A program made the position numbers and the translations under genes. Below, in pieces: positions 8,986 through 20,927 of a stretch of DNA of 32,000 nucleotides. This stretch comes from Opitutales bacterium. GTDB taxonomy: Bacteria > Verrucomicrobiota > Verrucomicrobiia > Opitutales > PNEW01. The notes beneath the pieces were generated by a model that was given only the letters and a program-made list of their open reading frames with translations, did no database searches and was not told the origin of the DNA. The DNA is taken from NCBI GenBank assembly GCA_965219535.1, contig CBDCNV010000002.1, positions 1 to 32,000 of the forward strand, in the 5' to 3' direction. Numbering within the stretch: the stretch's first letter is position 1; each line of letters starts with the position of its first letter.

Positions 8986-10107
8986 ATGGCGAAACAGAGA
9001 TTTAAAATCACCGGGTTTATCAACCCTAGCGGGTCAGAAGTGTGGCGGTTATCAGGTACCCTAAACGGTAAGCAAATCCGAAAAAATTTCAAGTCCCGAA
9101 ACGATGCTGTCGCCGAGCGTCAAAAGTTATCAATACGCTATCTAAATGAACAGTCCGAAGGGCAGACCGTTTGGACAACACTGACCCACGGACAGAACAA
9201 AGAGGCCATTTCAGCTATTAATCTCCTCAACCAAGCCAAGGTCAATAAACCTCTCACCTTCGCTGTTAACTACTTTTTAGCACATTATAAAGAAGCTGCT
9301 GAGACAATGACTGTCGAAGAGGCCGTCCGGGAGTATTGCGATCATAAATCGAAAGAATTAGAGCGCGGAATCATATCCTATCGCCAGGAGCACGCTATTA
9401 CCTTGGAGATGAAAAAATTAAAACGCTATTTCCCGGGACGGATCGTGAATGAAATTCAAGCTGAAGAGCTTAATGCTTACCTCGACACACGACACGGTCG
9501 ATCAAAAGCAACGCTCTCCCTTAAAAGCTGGAATAACTACCGTGGATACTTAAGTACCTTTTTTAAGTACTGCGTATCGAAAAAATATGTTGGAGAAAAT
9601 CCGATCCTGGAAGTTCCCCAGTATAAAATAAAGCAACGCAGGGGTACAGCGGAGATTCTCTCTGCAAATGAAGCAGCCGATCTGATGGAATGGCTGGAAA
9701 CTTATCGAGGCAAGCAGAACAGGGACGGATCCTGGTGGGGAGAACCCGGCTGCATGGTCCCCTATTTCTCATTAGCCCTGTTTGCAGGAATCAGACCCGA
9801 CTGGAAGCACGGTGAAATGAGCAAACTCAAACCAAAGCACATCCATACGGACACCGGGGTTATTCTTATCGAACCGGATGTTTCTAAAGTTAATGATAAA
9901 CGTGCCATTAAAATCCAACCCAACTTAAGCCTCTGGCTTGAGAAGTATCTTCCTGCCCGCAACCCCATCATCCCAACAAGAAGGTTCAGAGACATGTGGG
10001 TCCATGTCCGAAAAGAGCGCAAACTATCTCATAATGTCCTTCGGCATACCTATATATCGATGACGGTGGGGTTGATCGGACCCCGTTTTTCGTACCAATT
10101 TAAGTGA
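8986..10107 (+). pseudogene. int: Tyrosine recombinase / phage-type integrase, 3'-truncated by IS-A (native sequence ends at 10072)
   Basis: Located immediately 3' of the tRNA. FAGIRP (box I Arg) and NVLRHTYIS (HxxR region) are present. The reading frame enters the IS at 10073 before the catalytic Tyr region, and the last 11 codons are IS-derived. Confidence 0.8.
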
Positions 10108-11065
10108 GAGAGTTACCGGGTGTTAATGGTTCTAGGATTGATGTATATGAGAGATCTTGGCGAAGTGAGGGCGTAGCCCGAACGCGGCCAAGATCGGAAA
10201 GGAATCTGACAAACTCTTGTGGGCTTTTGAAGCCTAAACGACTGTGGGGATGTTCATGGTTATAGGTCTGACGCCATTGTTCGATTACCACTTGCGCTTC
10301 AGCCACGCTGAGCAACACTTCACGGTTCAAACACTCATCGCGTAAGCGGTTGTGAAACGACTCGATGAAACCGTTTTGCCAGGGACTGCCCGGATCGATA
10401 TAGATCGCCTTTATGTTATTACCGGACAACCACTGCTGCACTTGATGAGCAATGAACTCACTGCCGTTGTCACTACGGATATAGCTGGGAGGTCCCTCCT
10501 CTTCAATGGCCTCGCTAAGCACAGAGAGGACATCGGTTGAGGTGAGTTGACGAGCGACCCGGATATCCAGGCATTTACGCGTATATGTCTTCGCTTCGCT
10601 TGAGTGTCGTCGCTTTCAGCTCCTCGGTACATCGATTAGAGTCATCATCTTTAATGGACCGCCGTTGTCTGTACGATCATGGACAAAGTCCCAGGACCAA
10701 ACGTGATTGCGACCCTTTGCTTTAGTAGGTGACCCCGTAGAGACTCCTTGACGGTGTCTGCCCTTTTTCGGGGGCTTTACCTGCAGCCCTTCTGAACGTC
10801 GTACCGCCTGGACAAACTTCCTGCTTGTTGTCCAGCCTTCCTTTACCAGCAAGGCACGGATGCGCCGGTAACCGTAGCGGGGATGTTTCCAGGACAAGCT
10901 CACAATCCGCTCGACCAACCGCTGAGCTTTCTCACTGGCCTGTTTGGGCCGGTAACTGAACGTTGACCAACTCAGGCTGAGATAAGCACAAGCCCTCCGC
11001 AACGAGCACAACCCTTTCTCAGCCGCAGCTTTTACTACTCGTTTCTTCTGCTTTGGGCTCACCAT
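10100..11065 (-). pseudogene. IS-A orfB (DDE/rve integrase-core transposase), interrupted by a 42-nt in-frame insertion carrying TGA
   Basis: The two track ORFs (10616-11065 and 10100-10522) are in the same frame, separated by a TGA at 10616-10618. SDNGSEFIA and PHSRLGFKSP are rve-core motifs. There are 14 extra codons between LID and YTRKC relative to IS-B1 (VVDQYTRAC). Confidence 0.8.
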
Positions 11066-11071
11066 TTTTTT
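11065..11071 (-). promoter_or_regulatory. A7 slippery run (putative programmed -1 frameshift site) of IS-A
   Basis: T7 on the plus strand, at the orfA/orfB junction. IS3-family elements use A-rich heptamers for OrfAB fusion. Confidence 0.55.
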
Positions 11072-11139
11072 GACAGCGTTTCCTCCATTACCTGATTCTT
11101 GAGCATTTGATCTGCGAGCAGCTTCTTCAGCTCGGTATG

Positions 11140-11166
11140 TCAGGCCTTCTCGCTTGCGCTCGTGAA
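11140..11166 (-). repeat. 27-nt mini-insertion (plus strand TCAGGCCTTCTC-GCTTGCG-CTCGTGAA) in IS-A orfA
   Basis: Shares both arms with the 28-nt insert at 30500-30527. Ends in an in-frame TGA on the coding strand. Confidence 0.75.
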
Positions 11167-11352
11167 TTCTTTTTCCAGCTCTTTAAATCGCTTCGCATCG
11201 GCAAGTTCTAAATTGCCATATTTTTTACGCCAGCGATAGAAAGTCTGTTCGCTCAGGTTGTTTCCACGGCAGATTTCCTGTACCGTTTTACCGGTATCGG
11301 CTTGCCGCAATATTGTTATAATCTGTTCTGTTGTGTATCTTTTTCTTTTCAT
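11140..11352 (-). pseudogene. IS-A orfA (HTH transposase N-terminal protein), prematurely terminated by a 27-nt insertion
   Basis: MKRKRYTTEQIITILRQ...LSEQTFYRWRKKYG is a classic IS3 OrfA. Removing nt 11140-11166 restores ...ELEKEHTELKKLLADQMLKNQVMEETLSKK, which runs into the slippery site. Confidence 0.8.
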
Positions 11353-11394
11353 TGAGGTTATCTGTTTATCCCGATAACCTCTCTCTGTAAATGA

Positions 11395-12038
<644 letters not shown>

Positions 12039-12039
<1 letters not shown>

Positions 12040-12440
12040 TGGCGAAGCGAAAGCACTCGATCGATAAAGTGAGAGCGTCACGTGACGGCCACGAATACCA
12101 TGAGACGTGGACAGCCCGAAAGGCCATGCAACTCCTATGGCCGGACAGCGACCTTGCCGCAATAGCAGTCGAAGGTCTTTCTCCAACTGATCAAAAACAT
12201 GTTTCTGTACAAACAGTTGAAATCGCGGACATCACTCTCTACTACGGAGGTGGGTCTACCTTTGAGCAAGCCTCGCGGACGAGCATTGCTCAGTTTAAGT
12301 ATTCATTGTCCGACAATGACTTTCGTGCCAGCCATGCCAAGAAAACGATTCAAAAGTTTGCAGAAACCTACCGGGAATACAAGAGGAGATACGGCCCTCA
12401 AGCCGTGCACGATAGACTAGATTTTCAACTCATTACAAAT
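12039..12440 (+). other. Putative nuclease effector domain (aa 1-134) of the giant ORF
   Basis: E45 (12171-12173), D64 (12228-12230) and QFK (12291-12299) in alternating hydrophobic strands, followed by LDFQLITNRP. The order matches a restriction-endonuclease-like fold. This is motif-level evidence only. Confidence 0.55.
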
Positions 12441-15400
12441 CGTCCGATTTATGAGTCGCTACACCGAGCGATAGAAAGCATTGCATGCAGCTTACCGCGA
12501 ACTGGCAAAGTTGAAAAGCAAGCGAGACAGTTTAAGACTGCTACTGGCCTTAATGGGAAACCACTCGCTGCCTTTGCTGCAAAGTGCAAGTTCATCGGTT
12601 TCTCGGGGAGCCTTAGGTCAACCAAGAATGAACTCGCAGGCATGCTTGTTGACTGGTCTGCAACCAGTGACCCTATAGCGGTTGCGCGCCTCGGCCAGTT
12701 AAGAAATTTGGTTCGAGAAAAGGCTGGCTCTGCTAGCACCAATCAGAACCTCATCACCCGCACTGACATCCTTGCGGCGCTGCAAATCGGCGACCCCAAA
12801 AATCTTTTACCATGTGCGCCCGCACTCGCAGATGTAGGAAAAATCGTTGAGCGCGAACAACTCGCCGAAGCAATTGACCTGATTCCGGCCCTCTCGGCAC
12901 CTCTTCTTGTTCATGCGGCTGGCGGGGTAGGTAAAACTGTTTTCATGGGCAGTCTTGCAGAAAAAATAAGTGCCAATTACGAGGTTGTTTTCTTTGATTG
13001 CTTTGGCGGCGGTGCCTATCGCTCGTCCGAGGATGAACGGCATTTACCGAGGAGGGGGCTAATTCACATCGCGAACACGCTTGCAGTTCACGGTTTGTGT
13101 GACCTCATACTACCCAATAGCCCTAGTGTAGGAGAGCTGCTTCGAACTTTCAGACGGCGCCTCATCCAGTGTGTCAAGACTCTTTCCAGAATGGGATCCA
13201 GTCGAGAACTGGTAATATTCATTGATGCCATAGATAACGCGAATATAGCGGCGCTACGATACAATGATGACGCTTTTCCAGTCAAACTGCTAGAGAGCTT
13301 AAGCACCAAACCTGTCCCCGGTGTGAAACTCATTATTTCATGCCGGACGGAACGCAAACCTGAGACTTGCGCGAAGTACGACGAGTTAGAACTGCGCTCT
13401 TTCAGTATGGATGAAACGTCGTCTTTTCTGCGTGCTAGACTGAAAGACATTTCGCAGGCGAAGATCAGTGTTGCTCAGGCGCGCTCAGATGGCAATCCGC
13501 GCGTACTCGAACACCTTCTCACTAGCGGCCGTGGTCTTCTTGACGAGTCAGAGATCGATAAAAAGATTGGGCTGGACGAACTCATCCAAGAGAGGATGAT
13601 AAATGCTCTCGAGACAGCTCTCGAGCGTGGTTCAGAACAAAGCGATATTAATACTTTTCTGGCAGGACTTGCTGTCCTGCCGCCCCCCGTGCCGCTTGAT
13701 GAGTATGCTGTAGCTTGTGGCGTAGAACTTAGCGCAATCCAAAGCTTTGCGTCGGATCTGGCACCACTACTGGAACTTACCAATCACGGATTGATGTTTA
13801 AGGATGAACCTACGGAGACACTAGTTCGCAATCGGTACGCCTCGTCAACGGATGCCCTGCGCCGTGTCGCCAAGAACCTGCTCGTACGCCAGGATGTCTC
13901 TGTTTATGCTGCTCGCGCTATACCGGGCCTCTTGCATGAACTTGATGATGGCGAACGGCTTTTCAAGCTTGCTTTCGATGACCGCATCCCCGCAGCAATA
14001 ACAAGTACGGTTGGCAAAAGACACATACGGTATGCGAGGCTTAAGGCCGCCACCCTACATGCTGCGATTAACCAGAAATACAACCTTATGGTTCAGCTAT
14101 TGGTCGAGTTGTCCACGATCGCCGCAACCGATCAACGCGGGACCGATTACATTCTGGATCATCCCGACCTTGTCGTGGCTGCAAAGGATGTTGATGCCAC
14201 GCGCCGCCTTTTTGAAACACGTACTGGCTGGCCAGGGACGCGTCATGCCAGGTTAACGATAGCCAATACGCTCTCGGGCGAATACGAAGAGGCGAACCGC
14301 CATGCATTAAAAACCATAGAGTGGATCGACCACCTTATACGAATCAATTTCGATGATAAAATGGATGAACCTGGTCCGGAGCGTCCCGATATCGCGGCTA
14401 TACTTTTCTTCCGTATCTCCCAGGGTTGCGAGAAAGAGGCTGCACATTGCCTGAAAGACTGGCAAGACTGGTATGTCTACGAGGTTTTCGAATATGTGTT
14501 CGACTATTCGTGCCTCAAGCAGTCGATACGATCACAGCCACCACGTAGGCTCGAAAGCTTTGTAAGCACACTGGAGGCCATCGGTCCTCTGACAGCAGCC
14601 CTTTCTTTCCAAGAGCTTCCAAGATTAAAAAGCAAAAAACTCATCAGAAGGCTTGCCAAGCTCTGTAAAAAGACGTCTAAACTCGATCTATCGGAATCCT
14701 ATCAACGTGATAAGACATACCGGCTTGAAGACGGATTGCGCAAAGCGGCAGCGGTGGCCTTGTCGCTTGGTCTTGACGACGAAGCACAGGCAATCTCGCT
14801 ACGTGCGCCGCATCAGCGCCCAGCCATATGGTCCTTCCACGACGATTTTTATGTCAGGGATGTGTTCCCATTCGTGTTTCGAACCGCCCTTGTCGCCGCC
14901 GCCAATAAGTCAACACTTCACGAGACGGACGTACTCCCCGAGGATCTGGTTCCAATTTGTTCCCGTATTAGTAAGGATCTGAATGGCAAAGCGTTTCGAG
15001 ACAAGGCAGAGCAACGGCTATCCGAGCACATTCCCGGGGCACGGAATGAAGACGAGTCCACAAAGCGCTCCCACACACTGAGCTACGAGGATAGACGCGT
15101 TGCCGAACGATTTATCACTAATCGTCTGGAGCCATTTCTTTCACTGACGAAAGCGCTCTCAGCCGTTCTCGCAGCGCCTACGCGCAGCATAGATAAAGCT
15201 TTCATAAGATTGCTCAAAATCTGGGAGGACGCGTGCAAAAACCGCAATCGCTACCGAAGCGACGAGATTGACCATTTCTTCAGTGAGCTCGGCTTCGATT
15301 CGGTACTATTCGCCCTCTGGGCACGCAGCGAACTCGAACACGCATCGGTCAAACGTTTCCTTAAAACAGTTCATGGCCAGGATATTAGCGCGCACAACCT

Positions 15401-18400
15401 CGTGCGGATCGTTTCGATCTTAGCAAAGCGACAATCTTTACAGGAACTTGCAGGTGAACAGGCTATAAAAGCTCGCGCGCTCATCGAAGCCGAGAACGAT
15501 GTCACTTACCGGGCATCTCAGTTTGGCGCTCTCGGGCGAGCCATGCTTCCGGCAAGCATTGATGAAGCATCGGTCTATTTTCGCGATGGGCTCGAACAAA
15601 TGGATGCCATTGGGTCCGGCGACGATCTGTTCACCAACGAACTTCTCCTTTTTGCGTCCAAGATAAAAGGGGAGGAACTCGACGAGCGCGACTTTCACAC
15701 CCTGACGAATATTTGTGAACTCAATATGGGTGAGGAGCCAGAGAAGTTTTTCTGGGACGGTTTCGGCCCTGCGCTTTCCAAAGTGGCCGGCCCAAGAGGT
15801 CTGGCAAAACTCAGTCGCTGGGATGACCGCTCTAAGATATCCTTAAGCAATACCTTGCTCCCGTATCTTACGGCACTTGTTGAAGACGGAAAGATCGAAC
15901 CTAAAGACGCGCTGGCTCTCAACCGCCTAGCAATCCCCACTGAATATCTTTACTCTGGCACCAAAGAATTTGCGCAAACGATCCGAAAACAGGCCGGCCC
16001 CGATCCTGGGATTACAACCGAACTCATTCAGCAGTTCGAGGATCATAACCCCGGCATTGCAGACAACAGCACAATTGAGGTGCTCGCCTCATTTGCCGAA
16101 GAAGCTCTAGGATCATCATCAAATACTTCCAATACAGCAGCCTATCTTTCAGCAGCCCGTGTACGATTTTCTACAGTCCTTGAGAGCCGCAACAATCAGA
16201 AAAACTATAGTGAAAGACCAGATGCGCGGTGGCGTAAGAGAGCGGTAGCTATCAATCGCCAGAATCGTGCAGCCGTTGATCGCATTGTTACTTCCACAGA
16301 CCCTACGGATGAGAACTCCCTCCTAAAAGCGATCAATGACTTCAACAGCTTGCAGGATACTTATGATCTGAAGGGTGGCTTCTTCGCTTCACTTCGAGGC
16401 AAGATGCCTTTTGGTGCCCGTGCACAATATGTTCGGGTCATATGCTTGCTAGAGAAATTTTCTTTATCCTGGAAACTTGAAGAGCTAAAAGTGTGTAAAC
16501 AAAGTTGGGGAAATTCATCTGCTTCGCTTGGGCCAGTTTACAAGGATCAAGCCATTCCCCTTATTCAGCTTCATGCTAAGGACATAGTTGATGGCAGTTG
16601 GCTATCACGTTCTCACCTCAAAGAAATAACCGATCTTACAGGCGTTCCTGTCGCTGAACTTGTGCTTGAACTCATCAAAGTCATTGTTCGGCAGGATAGT
16701 TCTGTCACGGGCGCCGTCTGGCTCGCTTGTGCCGCACCTATTTGTTCGCAAGCAGACGATGGGCAAGGTCAACTTGCCCTCAAACGATTGCTTAGCAGCA
16801 ATGCTGCCACACTTGCAGATAACGTTGTGGACGGGATCTGGATGGACGGACGCTATCCAAAGGACGATGTTCCAGCGATCGCTGCCGGGCTCGTTTGGCG
16901 CATGCTTGGTTCCCCCTACGCCGAAAACAGGTGGCGTGCAGCCCACAGTATTCGGTGCTACGCGAGATTCGGATGTTGGGAGACAGTTGATTCCCTGGTC
17001 GACCATCTCAACGAGAAAACGGCAGGGCCTTTCCAGGCCTCCGAACTCACTTTTTACTACCTGCATGCCAGGCTTTGGCTTCTTATTGCGCTCGCGAGGA
17101 CGGCATTAGACCACCCAGAAAAAATCGCGACCTACAAGGATGAACTCCTTACTATTGTTACAGAAGACGCCACCCCGCATGTTCTAATGAGCCACTTTGC
17201 CACGCGCACATTGCTGACCTGTATCGATGCCGGAAAACTCGACTTGGAGGCGGGTGTCACACAGCGCTTGCGAAACGCCGACCTCTCGCCGCATCCAAGC
17301 TCAAAAGAAAAGATCAGAACTGGTGGTAATTTCTATCAGAGGCGTCCGGACTCCACACCCAAACCGAATTTTGAGTTTCATCTTGATATCGATTTTCGTG
17401 ATCACGACGTGTGCAATTTGGGCCGTATCTATGGTAAGTCGGGCTGGTATGTCGCTGACATGATGTCTGCGATCGTTCAGCAGCTTGATCCGAGCGTTTC
17501 CAGCATGTATGAATCAGGTGGTCGAGAGTCCCTTTACAGACAAACAACTCTCAGGATCAGCACGCATTATCACACACACGGTCAGCAGCTTGGTTGGCAT
17601 GCGCTTTTTTTCGCCGCGGGCAAGCTTCTTGCTGAGTTTCCTGTTACAGAAGATTGGTGGAACGAAATCGAGTGGCTTGGGCGCTATACTCTCACCCGAG
17701 ATGATGGATTGTGGCTTTCCGACGGTATAGACAGATCGCCATTTGATACGGCCATAACCCTTCTTGAAATGAAAAAAAGTGATCTTGTGGTCACCGGTGA
17801 CCGAGATAAGATTCTACAACTTGCTGGACTCACGTCTCGCGTCGGCAAAGAGCTAGTTGTCGAGGGGACATGGTTCTCTTCCGACAATATCAGTGTTAAC
17901 ATCTCGTCCGCCTTGGTTCCGCCCACAAAATCAGCAAAGCTCGCGTTGAAGCTTACTCGCGAACACCCATTGAACAACTTGATTCGAGTCTTTCATCAGA
18001 CAGATAAAGATTCAGAATACCTAAGTGGCGAAATGAATGAATTCACCCCCTGGATCGTCTGTCCGTTCGGTGAGGTCCTGCTTGACAAGCACGATCCCTA
18101 CGGTGTGTCTTTCGCTAATCTCAGGCCTTTTATCGCGAGTGATTTTGCCGCCTTTTTTACCATTACCAGTAGTGATCCGTTCCACCGAACCTGGCATGAC
18201 AAGCGCAGTAAACAGGTGATGCGATCACAAGCCTGGGGCTGTGAAAGCATAGACAGTGAAGAGAGGCCACATTCTGGACGGCGCCTTTATTGCACGTCAT
18301 CAATGCTTAAAAAGATACTTGCAAAATACGACAAAGACCTACTACTGCTTATTAAACTGAAACGGTACGAGAAAGAGTCATTTCGTGGGAATGGGAAATT

Positions 18401-18494
18401 TACTCATACCGTGGCAGTTGTCCAGATCACCAAAACGCTCGGCCTTAAATATTTCAAAGGCCGCATTAATTACATTTACAAGTCCCAATATTAA
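12039..18494 (+). CDS. Giant (2151 aa) multidomain protein: N-terminal PD-(D/E)xK (Cap4/DUF4297-like) nuclease, STAND-type P-loop NTPase, long helical-repeat C-terminal region. Candidate Avs-like antiviral STAND protein.
   Basis: Uninterrupted 6456-nt ORF whose ATG overlaps the hsdM stop (TAATG). Motifs: GHEYHE, E45, D64, Q85-x-K87; Walker A GGVGKT (12921-12938); Walker B LVIFIDAID (13209-13235); LIISCRTE; DGNPRVLEHL. Confidence here is for the CDS being real. The functional call is about 0.6. Confidence 0.9.
12891..13538 (+). other. STAND-type NTPase module (aa 285-500) of the giant ORF
   Basis: Walker A AAGGVGKT, Walker B hhhhDAxD, sensor-like R436 in ISCRTE, LELRSFSMDE, GNP(R)VL motif. 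Confidence 0.8.
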
Positions 18495-18791
18495 GCACGC
18501 TCAATCTTCTTCGTTGCGATCATGTTCGTCATGGTAAAGATGACGGCGGTGGCTGGCACGACGATGTCGAAACAGGAAAACATTCAATGTCTCGAGAATA
18601 TGTGTGGTTGTTCGAATGAAATCGTTGTGGCGCTGGGTATACTCCGGTCAGCGCACTATTGGTATCTGAATAGCAACAAGAGTAATGCTTTTAAGGCTGG
18701 TATCGTCCTTAAGCAAGTGGCTTTTGAACATTTGGGCGGTATAATGTTCCCATGTAAATCTTATATGAAACTGAAATTTACCGCTTGTCGC

Positions 18792-18934
18792 TGAACGGAC
18801 CCCGTTATTCGGATCTGTTTAAGTGAGAGAGCTTCCGGGTGTTAAAGGTTTTAGGATTGATGCATATGAGAGATTTTAGCTTAAGTGGGGGCACAGCCCG
18901 AACACAGCCAAGAGGGGAAGGGAATACTCTTGAG
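18792..18934 (-). mobile_element. Remnant of a second IS-A-like copy (orfB-proximal terminal repeat plus about 90 nt), same orientation as 10073-10210
   Basis: TGAACGGACCCCGTTATTCGGATCTGTTTAAGTGAGAGAGCTTCCGGGTGTTAAAGG... aligns by eye with 10073-10210 at roughly 80% identity. Degenerate orfA-like codons (QIITILR) lie at about 19080-19110 on the minus strand. Confidence 0.7.
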
Positions 18935-19501
18935 AACGAGGCGATGCCTGAGCATCTCCCTCGGTTGAGACCTTTGGGTAGACACCGGACTGTTGAGTGA
19001 GGTAAGCGGGAACATTTCGAACTTTGTTCTTCTGCTCCAGCACCTCGATGTCACCTGTGATGACTACACCGATGTCCATCTATCGCAGAATAGTGATGAT
19101 CTGCGTAAGTGTGCTAACTGCTACGTTGGGTCTGAAGGAGCCCTAAATCCTAGGGTCTAACAGTCCATTTGACACCCCACAGCAAGGCTGGCACGCTGCC
19201 TAGACAGCCTCTGGACATATTGTTGCTTCGCAACTGCATTACACAGTTCCTTATGACAGATTCCTATTTAAAGACATGGACACGTACAGTAGGTTCTCGA
19301 GCATCCAATGCCCGGGCGTTGGCCAAAAGGCGGGGCGTTATTTTTGCACGCTAGATTGATGTTGGCGCCATCAATGTTATCATTTTTTCTAGCACTAACT
19401 CTGGTGAAAAGTAGACGACTAAAAAAGAGGAGGGAGAATCGACACGCTTCTGTTCTTATCTGTTTGCTCATCGTTGTTATCAGTGCTCGTATTATCGTGA
19501 T

Positions 19502-19551
19502 GTTGTCAACCATTCCAGCTCGGTGATCCGTTGACTCGAATGGTTGACAAC
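19502..19551. repeat. Perfect 14-bp inverted repeat GTTGTCAACCATTC-N22-GAATGGTTGACAAC
   Basis: Arms at 19502-19515 and 19538-19551. The loop contains a further GTTGAC. It overlaps the start of repeat family copy A. Confidence 0.8.
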
Positions 19552-19630
19552 TTGGGGCAATTTAACTGGTAACATAAAAAGGAATAAGACCGTTATCAGC
19601 CCGTACCCTTAAGACACAAAAAGAGGGGTG
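19530..19630 (+). repeat. Dispersed non-coding repeat, copy A (GTTGACTCGAAT...CTGGTAACATAAAAAG.A.A.AGACCGTTAT...ACACAAA.A.AGGGTG)
   Basis: Aligns by eye with 20928-21017 (copy B). The 3' module is also present at 20782-20822 (copy C). Confidence 0.7.
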
Positions 19631-20781
19631 GATAATTAAACAAGAGAATAAGATCGACACTGATTAACGCAGCTGCGTTTCTTCGGGGGTGATGCTGTGG
19701 ACCGCCTTTTTTAAAACAGGCGATTGTGTTCCAGTATATAACGTGCGCAGAATGGCTCAAGGATTCGTTTTGACGGTCGGCCAATAGAAAGGGAGTATCA
19801 GTTTTTTAACCAGTAGATAAGTTTTGAAAATTATGAGTTTTCACCGTGCGGATTTTGAGCCATACCCTTTCATAGTGAAAGCGAGACCAAAACTCAAGTG
19901 TGCCCTGGTGTTTGAAAAGGGCGAGCAGAAAAAATTACACCGTAAGTATAAGTCAGAGCAGAAATTTACATGCTCTAGCGGGGGTAAGGGAGAAACCTCG
20001 CGGGTAAGGAAATTTTTCCACGCTATTTGCGATTTAATCCTGCGGTGATCGGGGTCCTGAGATGTGCACCAATTCGAGAGAGGTTGTACGTAGGCACCGT
20101 TGTTTTTATCCTAATGCCTGATAACGACCGATAATCGTGTTAAATCGGTAGCGTTCTCTACAAAAGGGGTAAGTTGGAAAGAAGTTGTATAGGCCAGCCC
20201 CTAAACGCGAATTCTAGGGCATTCTGCGGCATTTTCAAACCAAACACAATTGCCCTTTTGAAAAGGTAATATTTCGCTGTTGGGGTGAATCAGTAAGGGC
20301 ATCGATGCGGGTAAAGTCACGCGGGAGTTAAATTTTCACTTCCATTTTGTTTGTTATTTTCCAGAATCGGATTGCCAAACACGGCACAAACAAGAGACGC
20401 GGCCAGCGAAGTCTTTGACAGCCCAAGGCGATCAAAATGGGGTTTAATCGCGTCCTTGCAGAAAAAAAATTTAGGACAGCATTAATTTCTATTGCTCTGT
20501 CTTGATTCGGCATTCTCTTTCCCTTCGCGGGTTAGCGAGAGTAAGAATTTTATCTGATCGCTGATTGCGTAATCTATCTGATTGTTCAACTCGTTCAAAT
20601 GCTTAATCGCTCGCCGGTTTAACAGGCCGCCTCTTTCTTTTTCGATGTCTGCTATCTTCCGCCATACTTCGATTCTTGTAATGTTCATAGCGAATGTCCA
20701 TCCGCGCTTAAACCCTCTACACCTCTAGGCTATTATGTTTAGATTCATGGTAATCTCGGTTATATATTTCTGCATACTGCC

Positions 20782-20822
20782 GATCTCTATCCGTGAACGC
20801 AAAGCACAAACAGAGGGTGCCC
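20782..20822 (+). repeat. Dispersed non-coding repeat, partial copy C (…CCGTGAACGCAAAGCACAAACAGAGGGTGCCC)
   Basis: Matches the 3' module of copy B (GTCCATGACCGCAAAACACAAACAAAGGGTGCCC). Confidence 0.65.
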
Positions 20823-20927
20823 TTTTAGGGTGAGTCAACCACGATGAAGGTGAGAATTCGGGGGGGTGGGTTTTCGCGGCAAATTCACATTACCGTTCAA
20901 TATATAATACATTTTTGCGGACTCTTA

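Noticed and set aside
10616-10618. Possibility that in-frame TGA codons are decoded (Trp/Gly/Sec recoding) rather than being stops. The cases are IS-A orfB, IS-A orfA, IS-B2 orfA, and the TGG>TGA change at the conserved Trp of IS-B2 orfB near 29762.
   Set aside because: Well-defined genes in the window terminate at TGA at positions consistent with full-length family members, for example the Gfo-type oxidoreductase at 552-554 and the IS1-like transposase at 25447-25449. The affected IS genes carry other lesions too. The standard code with pseudogenisation is the simpler reading.
18522-18794. 90-aa ORF just downstream of the giant gene, considered as a possible accessory component. A minus-strand 76-codon frame with an internal TGA and a His-rich tail (18501-18730) was also considered.
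   Set aside because: There is no Shine-Dalgarno-like sequence. The composition is odd and Cys-rich, with no motif. The ORF ends exactly at the IS-A remnant, and the antisense alternative needs stop read-through. Neither is supportable without homologues.
19355-19388. ATTGATG-N7-CATCAAT hairpin followed by a T-run, considered as a rho-independent terminator.
   Set aside because: The stem is only 7 bp and AT-rich, the T-run lies 7 nt away, and no upstream gene needs terminating.
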